Positions 11,151-23,130 of a DNA stretch of 64,000 bases are shown in pieces; the stretch's first letter is position 1; the number at the start of each line of letters is the position of its first letter. The stretch comes from Octopus sinensis. Its lineage: Eukaryota. Under the pieces are notes generated by a model. That model made no database searches and had not been told where the DNA came from. It saw only the letters and a list, made by a program, of their open reading frames with translations. A program made the translations under genes and the position numbers. The stretch is taken from positions 24,800,001 through 24,864,000 of the forward strand of contig NC_043020.1 in assembly GCF_006345805.1 (NCBI RefSeq), written 5' to 3'.

Positions 11151-13767
11151 CATATATCGTGTTCGAGACAGAGAGTCCCCCTTCACAGATTAGGTTCGAT
11201 AAAAATTCTGTCCGGCCTTCTCCGTCAGCAGGAATGGTGAGGTTAGGATTAAGAACTTTAGTTACCAACTAATATGGTTCACAGTTTGATCTATCAACTA
11301 CATGTTTGTTTTGGGGAAATTTAATGTCTGAATTAACAGTTGTGCTGAAGTGTGGCGTGTGTTCCTTCTCGAGCTCTAGGACTCATCAGACTGGAAACAC
11401 GATTTCCGTAACGTATAAGCAGGTGACTGAGATCGCAATGATCCCTCCGAACGGGACATCGGTCCTTTACAAGGTTTAAGGTCAGCAGTTTTGAAGGAAG
11501 GGGAGAAGTCGATTACATGGACCTCACTACTTGATTAATTCATCGACCCCTTAAGGATGAAAGAAAGAGTTAACCTCGACGGGATTTTCAACTCATTACG
11601 TAAAGGCCCGAAAGGAACGACGCTAAGTAGTTTGTCGGAAACGTTAAAGATTATGCCAGCTTGACGTCTTTGGATCTGATTTAGATGAAAGGCCAGTCGG
11701 AACTTGTCAGCATTTTGAAAAGCAAATTTGTTTCAAAACCATTCAAGAATCGCTGGTCCTTGATCCTGCAGACTCATGACCAGTACCTTGTCACAGGCCA
11801 CAATCTTGTAGACACAGTTGACCAATTCCTACGCACACAGCCATCCATTCGTGTTGGTTGCTGATCGACAAAAAAATATTGGTTGACATATTCCAGTCGT
11901 GACCGTTCTGTCGATTACGCAGACAAAGTGAAACTAGAACAGTAGTTGAAAAATCACACGATACTAATCAAGAAATATGCATATAGATCACCGTTGTTCC
12001 AGCCAACCGTGCCCATCTCGTGGTTTTTCCGTTTCTTCAGGCATGGAAAAACCTAAGAAGATACATTAAGTTATGTTGTCCTAGCTACACGAAAACACCA
12101 TCTTTATGGAATATTTAGCTGTTATTACTAGCGAATCGGTTGACAATGTACATGTGCCTCCCCCAGAGGAGGTTGTGGTGCTTCAGCTTACCTACCCCGC
12201 CCTATTTCTCCATTCATCTCTCTCCTTCTCTCCCTTCCAGAAGAGGAAGCCAAGTCGAAAATGTGAAGATTAATGATTAATGAATAATCAAAACAATAAG
12301 ATAAATGACAAAAGAATTACCGTACAATTTTTCTAATCTCTATTAAAGGGTTTGCCCATCCAACATCTTCATTAATAAAAGTTTAGTGGTGGGGTGGTGA
12401 GAGGGGTAGAAGCGGGGAGGGCTAGGTTGGCCGGGCTTGTAGGGTTTCGTTGGCTTAATTAAGAAATTACAAAGTATAAGGCATCCGCCGCCGCCGCCGC
12501 CACTACTACTGTTAACCCTACCACCACCATTACTACTACCACTTCTTTTACTAAAAGTATCACCACCACTGCGGCCGCCACCCCCATGACCACAATCCAA
12601 CTACATACACCACCACCACCACCACTACTACCACTACTCCTCTTTCTTCTCCTTCTCCCCTCCTCCTATTGTTTTTGCTTGGCGTTTGATGTGTTAAAAC
12701 AAAAATTTAAGAAAAAAACTTTAAAATAAACAAAACGAGAAATTCGGATGGAACAAAAGAATTTAGGGAGGCGATGCCTCTGAAGTGGGGAGGTGAGGGA
12801 AGGAGGAACTGATTCTGGAGTAGGGGAAAGGGGATTTTGGAATGGAGGGTCGGTGGTTGTGATTGGGTAGAGAGAGGAGGGAGAGACAATTATATAGAGG
12901 GAGAGAGGGGGGGTAAGAATGTGATTGGTTGAAGACAGGTAAGAATTTTAAAGAAGTGAGCAGAAAGGATGGAGAGTGTGAGAGGGGTATAGTGAGAAAA
13001 GAGACAAAGAAACATGGTTACATTGAACGAGTCAGACTAAGAGATAGATAGAGAGAGAGAGAGAGACTTTTTGCCAACCTTTTTACAACGACCCTAATTC
13101 ATTCCAGTGCTGCATTCTTCACCACATCCCTTAAACTACCTGCATTTAGGGGAAATATATTGGAAAAGCTCAACCAAGTCCTAACGTCTACATTCCAGAC
13201 ATCCATAAAAACATTCACAAAATACAATTGAACAAAAGTTGCATTAAACATTATCTCACAAAAGTACAAGAACACAAATTAGAAAACGAAACAAAAGATA
13301 TTAATTTTTATAAATCCATAGATTATTCCAAATATGTTTCATGAAGATATAATAACTGTCGGATAGTAACATAAACGTAAAAAAAGACAGGTGTTTTAAG
13401 CAATAAATAACGTATAACTTGTAAAATCTTGAAGTAATTAACTTAAAAAAAAGTGGGGGGGGGATCATCATTTAACGCATGGTCTGTTTTGAGCCCTGTG
13501 ATATATTGTTTTGTTTCCTTTCGGTTAGAGAGCTATATCAGTAAAGAGAAATAATTTATGATTTTTCTGTGATGGTACTTTTACATATGTCCACATAATT
13601 GTATTTTTTAAAAAAATGAGATTAAAAATTTGTAAACATGAAAAATTATGAAGTTGACAAGTGAGAAAAATTGTAATTTCTCATTTGAGTTTGCGAGGAT
13701 GTTTAACCAATGTCAAGAAGTATTTGGACGTGTGTGGGAAGGCGAAGAGAGAAGGAAATTATGGATA

Positions 13768-14115
13768 GGCGCAGGCGTGCTGGTGTGCTAAGAAGCTTGC
13801 TTCCCAACCATATGGTTCAGCGTTCAGTCCCACTGCGTGACACCTTTAATGAGTTCTTTCTATAGAATCGGTCGACTAAAGCCTTGTGAGTGGATTTGGT
13901 AGGTGGAAACTGAAAAGGAGCCCGTTGTGTGTGTGCATTTATATTTGTCTTCCAGCACCGTTTGACAACCGGTGTTGGTGTGTTTACGTCCCTGTAACTT
14001 AGCGGTTCAGCAAAATAACTGAGATAGAATAAGTGCCAAGCTTATAAGTACTTGGGTTGATTCAAGGCAATGCCCCAGCTTGGACGCAATCCAATGACCG
14101 AAACAAGTAAAAAGT
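13768..14115 (+). mobile_element. SINE family A, near full length
   Basis: Head ggcgcaggcgtg...aagaagcttgcttcccaacc...gttcagtccc, central TG stretch, tail gtgc/aatgccccagc...aaacaagtaaaaag. Confidence 0.85.
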
Positions 14116-14599
14116 AACGGATTAGAAGCCATTCTCTACATTCTCCTACGATAATCAATCGGGTTTTCTGTTAGTAAAGAAAAAAGAGCAAAAACAGAAG
14201 GTTCTCGGGTCATTTTCTTTAGGATTAAAGAAATTCTCTGAAGTTGAATTACGCAACCTGTTCTTCTGGACAGTCCAAAAGTATTGCAACATTTCTGAGG
14301 TGGAGACTTTGATAGAACGAATAAGGTCTAAGTCGCTGATGATACCTCATCTGTCATAGACATTGCCTCCCAAATGCGGTAGAAGCCATTAGGAGTCACT
14401 TTTCCATAGACTCACATACACACATTTGTACGTGTGTATGTACATACTTGTATGCATGTATGTGTGTACATATGTCTTCGGGACAATAAAGAAATAACAT
14501 ATGTCTTCGGGATAAAGTAGACGATATTTTTGTCTTCTTTTTTCAGAAACAATTTGATGTATTAGTGAACAGTCAACAGCATTGGAGAGCATCAACATT

Positions 14600-15180
14600 A
14601 ACGGTTTAGTTAAGAAAAAGTTAGCTGACATGGAGTACTGAAAGCCATCTGAATGTTGGAATACCGCTTACCTGTATCATAATGATTCGCGCCGGGTGTC
14701 GAAACGCCAACAACATGACTGTTGTTCAATACTCCTTGAAAACTGAAGGTTGTAAGAAGTGACATAAACAGCTCTAACAGTGACTGCAGAGCCATGGACA
14801 ATACAAAGGAGCACAGCAGGCGTTCTGACTGCGTCCGCACACCCTACATCTTTAAGCAGAGCATTAAGCTCCATTTAGACGGTTATATGAAGCTGTTGGA
14901 GACTGTGGTCAACCACTGGCTAGAGAGCGTTGGTGCTGGAAGATCATATGTGTGGTAGCAGGATTTGACTCCTTATCACGCCTCCAGAAACAGAAGTGTT
15001 GTCAGAGAATATATACGACTTCACTAACCCCAGTTTCTGGCCTCCTAAATCATCCAATCGTAATCCCATGGATTACTAAGTGTGGGGCACAGATGAGACA
15101 TGAACCGCTCTACTTGCAACACCAAAGCCCAGTTGGTAGTCAATATGGAGGTGGCGTTCGAAGAACTTCAAATTTAGCCC
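14600..15180 (+). mobile_element. Tc1/mariner transposase relic, internally deleted
   Basis: Manual translation: MIRAGCRN...KEHSRRSDCVRTP, then YMKLLETVVNHWLESVGAGRSYVW*QDLTPYHASR and FWPPKSSNRNPMDY*VWG, matching the QD..P.H and WPP.SPDLNP.DY..WG motifs. Stops and frameshifts present. Confidence 0.75.
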
Positions 15181-15202
15181 AAACACTCTGTGTACTTATA
15201 TA

Positions 15203-15513
15203 TATGAAAAAAAAATGGAATCAACAAGGAGTGCGGTTGGACATTTATTTTTCATTCACTATAATTGTTTCTACGCAGTGGTTACTACTGAATTGCGGCC
15301 ACGACAGAGAAGATATTCTTGAAACCGAGATTTTGAACTTACGGAGACAATATTTACATATCGCCCGAGGAAACACAACTAGATCTCAGAATGCAGGGAA
15401 ACGGTTGCTTAATCAAGTAGCTGCACGCCTGGAGACCTTCGTTGCGCAGAAACAATTGTAGTGATTGAAAATAAATGTCCAACTGTACTCTCTGTTGATT
15501 CCAAATTTTTTCA
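15203..15513. mobile_element. MITE with ~70-bp imperfect terminal inverted repeats
   Basis: 15203-15278 is a diverged reverse complement of 15444-15513 (ggacatttatttttcattcactataattgtttct vs agaaacaattgtagtgattgaaaataaatgtcc). Confidence 0.65.
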
Positions 15514-15883
15514 ATTATGTATTCATACACGACAGATGCCCAATCGCAAACCTGGGAGTACGTCTAATACTACAACTGGATAACACAGGGTTAATCTGAA
15601 GACGGACGAGCTTTATACTGTACTACGTTCTGAACAGACTATACCATAAGTCTCTCTCTCTCTCAATATATATATATATATTGTCCGAGTCAGACGTCAT
15701 GATAGATCGTTAGCCATTACACACATTTTTCTCTCCTTGTTTTTATCCTTTTTTTTCTGTGTAACTTTCTGTAGAAGAAACGTAAAAGACTTTTTCTATT
15801 CCTGAGCGCTATACTAATACATCTGTTTGTTTTGTACACCACCTGTCTTCGTCTTTTGTTTATTTTCGTAAACTTGCCCTGTA

Positions 15884-15915
<32 letters not shown>

Positions 15916-16075
15916 CATATTTTAGTAAAACAGTAAATACTAAGGTAGGAGAGGTTCTACGAATGAACAAAGAACCATCACCAGAAGCATATCATATATA
16001 CATATACACGACCTACGTGCAAACATGCCTAGATACACGCACAAAACATCGATGCATTAAATCATCTATATATTC

Positions 16076-16118
<43 letters not shown>

Positions 16119-16496
16119 GCGCACGCGCATGATCTATTTACATACTATACACCCATGCATAATCATGCCACTCCACCTAACACATCTCTCCTAAACCTAT
16201 TTACAAATGTTGCAGTAGCAAGACCTGAAAACAACAACGATGGCGATAGAAAACAAAGCAAGGAAAATGACAACGAAGAGAGAACATCACAAACAACAGA
16301 AAATTAACAAAAACAACAGCTGCCACAACAACAACAACAAACAACAACAGCTACAACAACAATATTAACGAGCACTAATTAGTCGCGTTAACTTGACGTT
16401 CCAAGGATATTTTTCTCCATTTTCCGCAAAATTCTGTCTCAAGAGATATGGTAGAAGACAAATCTTTGTCACAATTTTGGCATTCCAGTCTCTTGC

Positions 16497-16551
<55 letters not shown>

Positions 16552-16799
16552 GATACTTCAGTCGTCCTTTTTACTCTTCGTCTATTTCTTACTCCTTTGC
16601 TTTCTGGTGAAATTCTTAAAACTAAGAAATTATCATCATCATCGCGACTACAACTATTCTTATCACTAAAAGTACTACCACAGATGTTGTTATTGTTTAA
16701 CCCCAGGATAAAACTGGTCCACCAAACTGCAGACCAAAGACATTCCTGCTACGAGCAACATATCTGTGTCTGAGCCTTTGGCTCGACGCTCCACCGCTT

Positions 16800-17235
16800 C
16801 TGAAAATCCAAGTAATAATAATGGTTTCAAATTTTGGCACAAGGCCAGAAATTTCGGGGTTAAGAGCTTGGCCCATTACATCGACCCTAAGCTTCAACTT
16901 GTACTTGTTCGGTCGACCACAAAAGGATAAAAGGCAAAAGTGACCTATTCAGAGTTTGAACTCAAAACATAAAGAGCTGTCCGATGCGCTAACGATTCTA
17001 GTAAACCTAGCTGCCTTGAGAACATGATGATTTCAAATTTTGATTCACGGCCAGCAGTTTTAAGGCAGAGGTTAAGCAATTATTTTGACTCTCGTGTTCA
17101 AACAATACTTCATTTTATCGACCCTGAGAGAGACGAAAGGCAAGTTAGACCACAACGGAATTTGAACTCAAACCGCAAACACGAAAGAAATGTTGCTGAG
17201 CACTTTGTCCGGAATGCTACCGAATCTGCCAGCTC
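16800..17235 (-). mobile_element. Two tandem SINE family B copies
   Basis: ggcacaaggccag...tacatcgaccc...ttgaactc...gctaacgattct and ttttatcgaccctg...gaatttgaactc...gaatctgccagctc, followed by (AAT)n. Confidence 0.7.
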
Positions 17236-17239
17236 TCCA

Positions 17240-17280
<41 letters not shown>

Positions 17281-17918
17281 TAAAAATAATGTGACTGATT
17301 TTATACTGATATTTGTAACATGATTTACGGAAATATAGAGATGTTAAAGCACATAGACAAAAACATATAAGCGAAAAATAAGACTAAGTAAAAATTGTAG
17401 TTCTCAAAAAATGGCGACAAAATAGACTGGTACCAGGAATAAAAAGATAAAACAAAACCCGAAAAAATAAAGAATGGCTTCAGATATATATATATATATA
17501 TATATACATAAGAAACAAAATGGCTGACATAAACCGCTGTGAATATTTTAAAGAAGATAAAGTCACAAAGAACAGATGATAAAAATGCAGAAAAATATCA
17601 GTGACTCCATTATCAGCAAGGCGGAACTAATCGAATAGTTTTGACATTTCATTTCAAGTAGATATTTCTTCAAACAAAGAACAACAAATATAGACAAAAT
17701 AAAATGAACGAAAAAAACATAAGCAACTTAGTATGATATATCATATCCTAAACATTTCTTGTTACACTTGTTAAAAGTATTCTGCGGTTTTTAAACAGTT
17801 CCAGATTTCTTGGAATGGAACGATATAAGATTTCGTAGATTTGCATCTTAATATTATTTGATGCGGAGTAACACTGATATACAAAGAGTTGTTCAAGTCT
17901 TTTAATGTTATTTTAATT

Positions 17919-17966
<48 letters not shown>

Positions 17967-18052
17967 TAGATATAAACTGACTTGGAAATAGATGCGTCGC
18001 GTTCAATTAAATAAAGAATAATATAATATATATATGTGTGTGTGTGTGTGTG

Positions 18053-18088
<36 letters not shown>

Positions 18089-18152
18089 GTGTGTGTGTGC
18101 GTGTGTGTGTGCGTGTGTGTGTGTGTGCGTGTGTGTGTGCGTGTGTGTGTGT

Positions 18153-18480
18153 ATCTATCTTTTATCTTTTAATGGTTTCAACCCAGGTCTGAGGCCAAGC
18201 TGGTGCACCACCTGTTGTTTCCGATATTGTCTTTTGGTGAAGTAGCGAGTTGGACGGAGCTGCTCTTCTTTGCGCCTCTTGCCGCGATGAGGGTTCACAG
18301 AGAAACCTGTCCAGATATTCCTTGAAACCTTCCACATCAACACCATGTAGATCGCTAAGGTTGCCTGGAAGGGTGTTGAACAATTGCAGGCCCTTGAAAC
18401 CCAGGCTAGTGTAGTGCTGTGTCTTAATTTTATATGGGGAAGACGGGATCTTTGGCATGGTGCAGTGCGTTCATTTCAAG
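18153..18480 (-). mobile_element. 3' fragment of a CR1/L2-group LINE (same family as 23124-27615)
   Basis: ORF 18162-18458 (..SLGFKGLQLFNTLPGNLSDLHGVDVEGFKEYLDRFL..EPSSRQE..RRAAPSNSLLHQ) aligns with the C-terminus of ORF 26729-27535. Similar 3' tail, ending at a (CA)n tract. Confidence 0.85.
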
Positions 18481-18574
18481 GAGTGGAATAGCTGTCAATC
18501 CCAAAATTGGGAGTTAAGCCCTCCAAGATACATACATACATACATACATACACATATTTAAGTATATATATACA

Positions 18575-18810
18575 TGGTGGTTGTCTAATCCTTATGCAGA
18601 GTTTCATCACCTCCTGTACCTACATCTTAGCACCACCATGTCATCTGATGTAGCTTTTAAAACCAGTGTTCTGAAAAGGTTGCATATCCGATTTGGACCA
18701 CCAAGAGCTGCAAATAAGTTCCGATCCTTGTGGATCTTAAAATGTCTTCTGAGGCCTCCATTAGATTTGCAAACCTTCAAGCATACTGTGCATTCAAAGG
18801 TGTGCACAGA
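18575..18810 (-). mobile_element. C2H2 zinc-finger pair relic, probably the 3' end of an RTE-type LINE
   Basis: [23 protein letters not shown] is an intact C-X2-C-X12-H-X3-H finger. A second frameshifted finger follows (IC..FR..TGFKSYIR*), then a short UTR ending in (AT)n. No linker TGEKP. LINE origin is an inference. Confidence 0.55.
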
Positions 18811-18829
18811 TATATAGGCATACATTCAT

Positions 18830-18905
18830 ACATACAGAGACACACACAATACACAAACACACAGACATATATAGGCATACATTCATACATACACAGACAC
18901 ACACA

Positions 18906-18944
<39 letters not shown>

Positions 18945-19239
18945 CTTATACATATATATACTTATACATATATATACTTATATATATATATACTTATACA
19001 TATATATACTTATATATATATATACTTATATATATATATACTTATACATATATATACTTATACATATATATACTTATACATATATATACTTATACATATA
19101 TACTTATACATATATATACTTATATATACTTATACATATATATACTTATATATATATATATATATATATATATACTTATACATTATATACTTATATATAT
19201 ATATACTTATACATATATATATTTATACATATATATACT

Positions 19240-19274
<35 letters not shown>

Positions 19275-19457
19275 TATATATATACTTATATATATACTTA
19301 TATATATATTTATATATATATACTTATATATATATTTATATATATATACTTATACATATATTTATAATATATATACTTATATATATATTTATAATATATA
19401 TACTTTATATATATTTATATATATATTTATATATATATTTTATATATTATTTATATA

Positions 19458-19508
<51 letters not shown>

Positions 19509-19712
19509 CTTTATATATATATACATATCTTATATATATATATACATATACTTATATATAAATATATATATACTTATATATATATACCTATACTTATATA
19601 TAAATCATATACTTATATATATATATACCTATACTTATATATATATATATATATACATATACTTATAAATATATATATATACTATACTTATATATATATA
19701 TATATACATATA

Positions 19713-19773
<61 letters not shown>

Positions 19774-20760
19774 CAATATACTTATATATATATACATATA
19801 CTTATATATATATACCTATACTTATATATATATATATACATATACTTATTTATATATATATATATACATATACTTATATATATATACATATACTTATATA
19901 TATATATATATATACACATATATATACATATACTTATATATATATAATATACACATATACTTATATATATATATATATATATACATATACTATATATATA
20001 TAATATACATATACTTATATATATATATATACAAAGACTTATTATATATATATATACATATACTTATAAATATATATATACATATACTTATATATATATA
20101 TATATACATATACTTATATATATATATATACATATACTTAATATATATATATATATACATATACTATATATATATATATATACATATACTTATATATATA
20201 TATATATATACATATACTTATATATATATATATTAACATATACTATATATATATATATATATACATATACTTTATATATATATATATATACATATACTTA
20301 TATATTATATATATATATATACATATACTATATATATATTATATATATACTATACTTATATATATATATATATATACATATACTTATATATTATATACAT
20401 ATACAATATATATATATATATACATATACTAATATATATATATATATACATATACTTATTATATATATATATATATACATATACATAGATATATATATAC
20501 ATATACTTATATATATATACATATACTTATATATATATATATACATATACTTATATATATATACATATACTTATATATATATATATACATATACTATATA
20601 TATATATATATACATATACTTATATATATATATATACATATACTTATATATATATATAACATATATATATATACTTATATATATATATAAAATATACTTA
20701 TATATATATATACATATATATATATACTTATATATATATATATACATATATATATATACT

Positions 20761-20792
<32 letters not shown>

Positions 20793-20827
20793 CTTATTAT
20801 ATATATATATACATATATATATATACT

Positions 20828-20859
<32 letters not shown>

Positions 20860-21557
20860 CATATATATAATATACTTATATATATATATACATATATATA
20901 TATACTTATATATATATATATATATATATACTATATATACTTATATATATATATATATATATAGATAGATACTTATATATATATAAGTATATATATATAT
21001 AATATATATAAGTATATATATATATATACATATATATATATAAGTATTATATATATACAATATATATAGTATATATATATACATATATATATAATTATAT
21101 ATATATGTACATATATATATAAGTATATATATATATACATATATATATAAGTATATATATATATACATATATATTAAGTATATATATATACGTTTAAATA
21201 TTTGTTGTGCAAGATTTTTTATGTGAAGTCGTGTGTTGAAACAGATATTGTTATATTTCGGAATGGTCATATTGCCAGTTTAGCCCAACAAATAACACCA
21301 AATATATGTGCGTGTGTTTTTATTGGCTAAACTGGCAATATGACCATTCCGAAATATAACAATATATATATATATACATATATATACATATATATATATA
21401 CATATATTACATATATATACATATATATACATATATATACATATATATACATATTACATATATATACACATATATATACATATATATACATATATATATA
21501 CATATATATACATATATATATACATATATATATACATATATATACATATATATATAC

Positions 21558-21590
<33 letters not shown>

Positions 21591-21823
21591 CATATATATA
21601 CATATATATATAATATATATATATACATATATATACATATATAATACATATATATATACATATACATATATATACATATATATACATATATATATATATA
21701 TACATATATATACATATATATATATATACATATATATACATATATATATACATATATATATATAATATACATATATATACATATATACATAATATACATA
21801 TATATATATATACATATATATAC

Positions 21824-21854
<31 letters not shown>

Positions 21855-22067
21855 CATATATATACATATATATACATATATATACATATATATACATATA
21901 TATCATATATATATACATATATATATACATATATATATAGATATATACATATATATACATATATATACATATATATACATATATATACATATATATACAT
22001 ATATATATACATATACATATATATACTATATATACATATATAGAATACATATATTACATATATATAC

Positions 22068-22104
<37 letters not shown>

Positions 22105-22492
22105 ACATATATATATAATATATATACATATATATACTATATATATATATATATACATATATACATATATATACATATATAACATATATATATATATATA
22201 TATACATATATAATAATATATACATATATATACATATATATATGTATATATATATACATATATATACATATATATATACATATATATACATATATATATA
22301 TATAATATAATAATATACATATATATACATATATATATAATATACATATATCTACATATATTATACATATATATACATATATATAATATATATATACATA
22401 TATATACATATATATACATATATATATTACATAATATATACATATAAGATATACATATTATAATATATACATATATATATATCATACATACA

Positions 22493-22558
<66 letters not shown>

Positions 22559-22628
22559 ATACCTATATATATATATATATATACATATACATATCATATA
22601 TACATATATATATATATATATACATATA

Positions 22629-22660
<32 letters not shown>

Positions 22661-22824
22661 CTTACCTATATATATACCATATATATATATATTATATAGA
22701 CTATATATTATATAATATTACATATATATATAGATATATATATATACTATATATATATATATATTCATATACATATACATATATATCTATATATACATAT
22801 ACATTTATCTATATATACATATAC

Positions 22825-22855
<31 letters not shown>

Positions 22856-22920
22856 ATATTATATAATATATATATAATTATATATAATATATCATATACA
22901 TATATATATATACTACATAT

Positions 22921-22954
<34 letters not shown>

Positions 22955-23001
22955 ATATCTATATATATTACATATATATATATCATATATATATATATAT
23001 A

Positions 23002-23044
<43 letters not shown>

Positions 23045-23085
23045 ATATAGATATATATATATTATATATATATATACATATATAC

Positions 23086-23123
<38 letters not shown>
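18830..23123. repeat. ~4.3-kb degenerate (TA)n array with TACA/TACTTA variant units
   Basis: Seen directly; interrupted by a ~180-bp unique segment at 21190-21365. Source of all YIYIY ORFs here. Confidence 0.95.

Positions 23124-23130
<7 letters not shown>

Noticed and set aside
11360-11395. CTGATGA-GTCC on the minus strand, and CTAATGA-GTC-CTAA-GAC at ~63777, as hammerheads
   Set aside because: No GAAA directly after a closed stem II and no NUH/stem I; treated only as an old repeat.
13768-13850. tRNA-like A/B-box sequences here and in other SINE heads
   Set aside because: They continue into SINE bodies and do not form complete cloverleafs; not tRNA genes.
14952-15461. 169-aa ORF
   Set aside because: A chance read-through across an out-of-frame mariner relic and the adjacent MITE.
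17400-17530. Three AAATGGC (YY1-like) words
   Set aside because: A-rich low-complexity context makes chance occurrence likely; only one has the full ATGGCG core.
18730-23043. Long ORFs of up to 312 aa ([10 protein letters not shown] type), also at 37.4-40.8 kb and elsewhere
   Set aside because: Translations of (TA)n/(TACA)n microsatellites, which rarely contain stops in some frames; no protein-like content.
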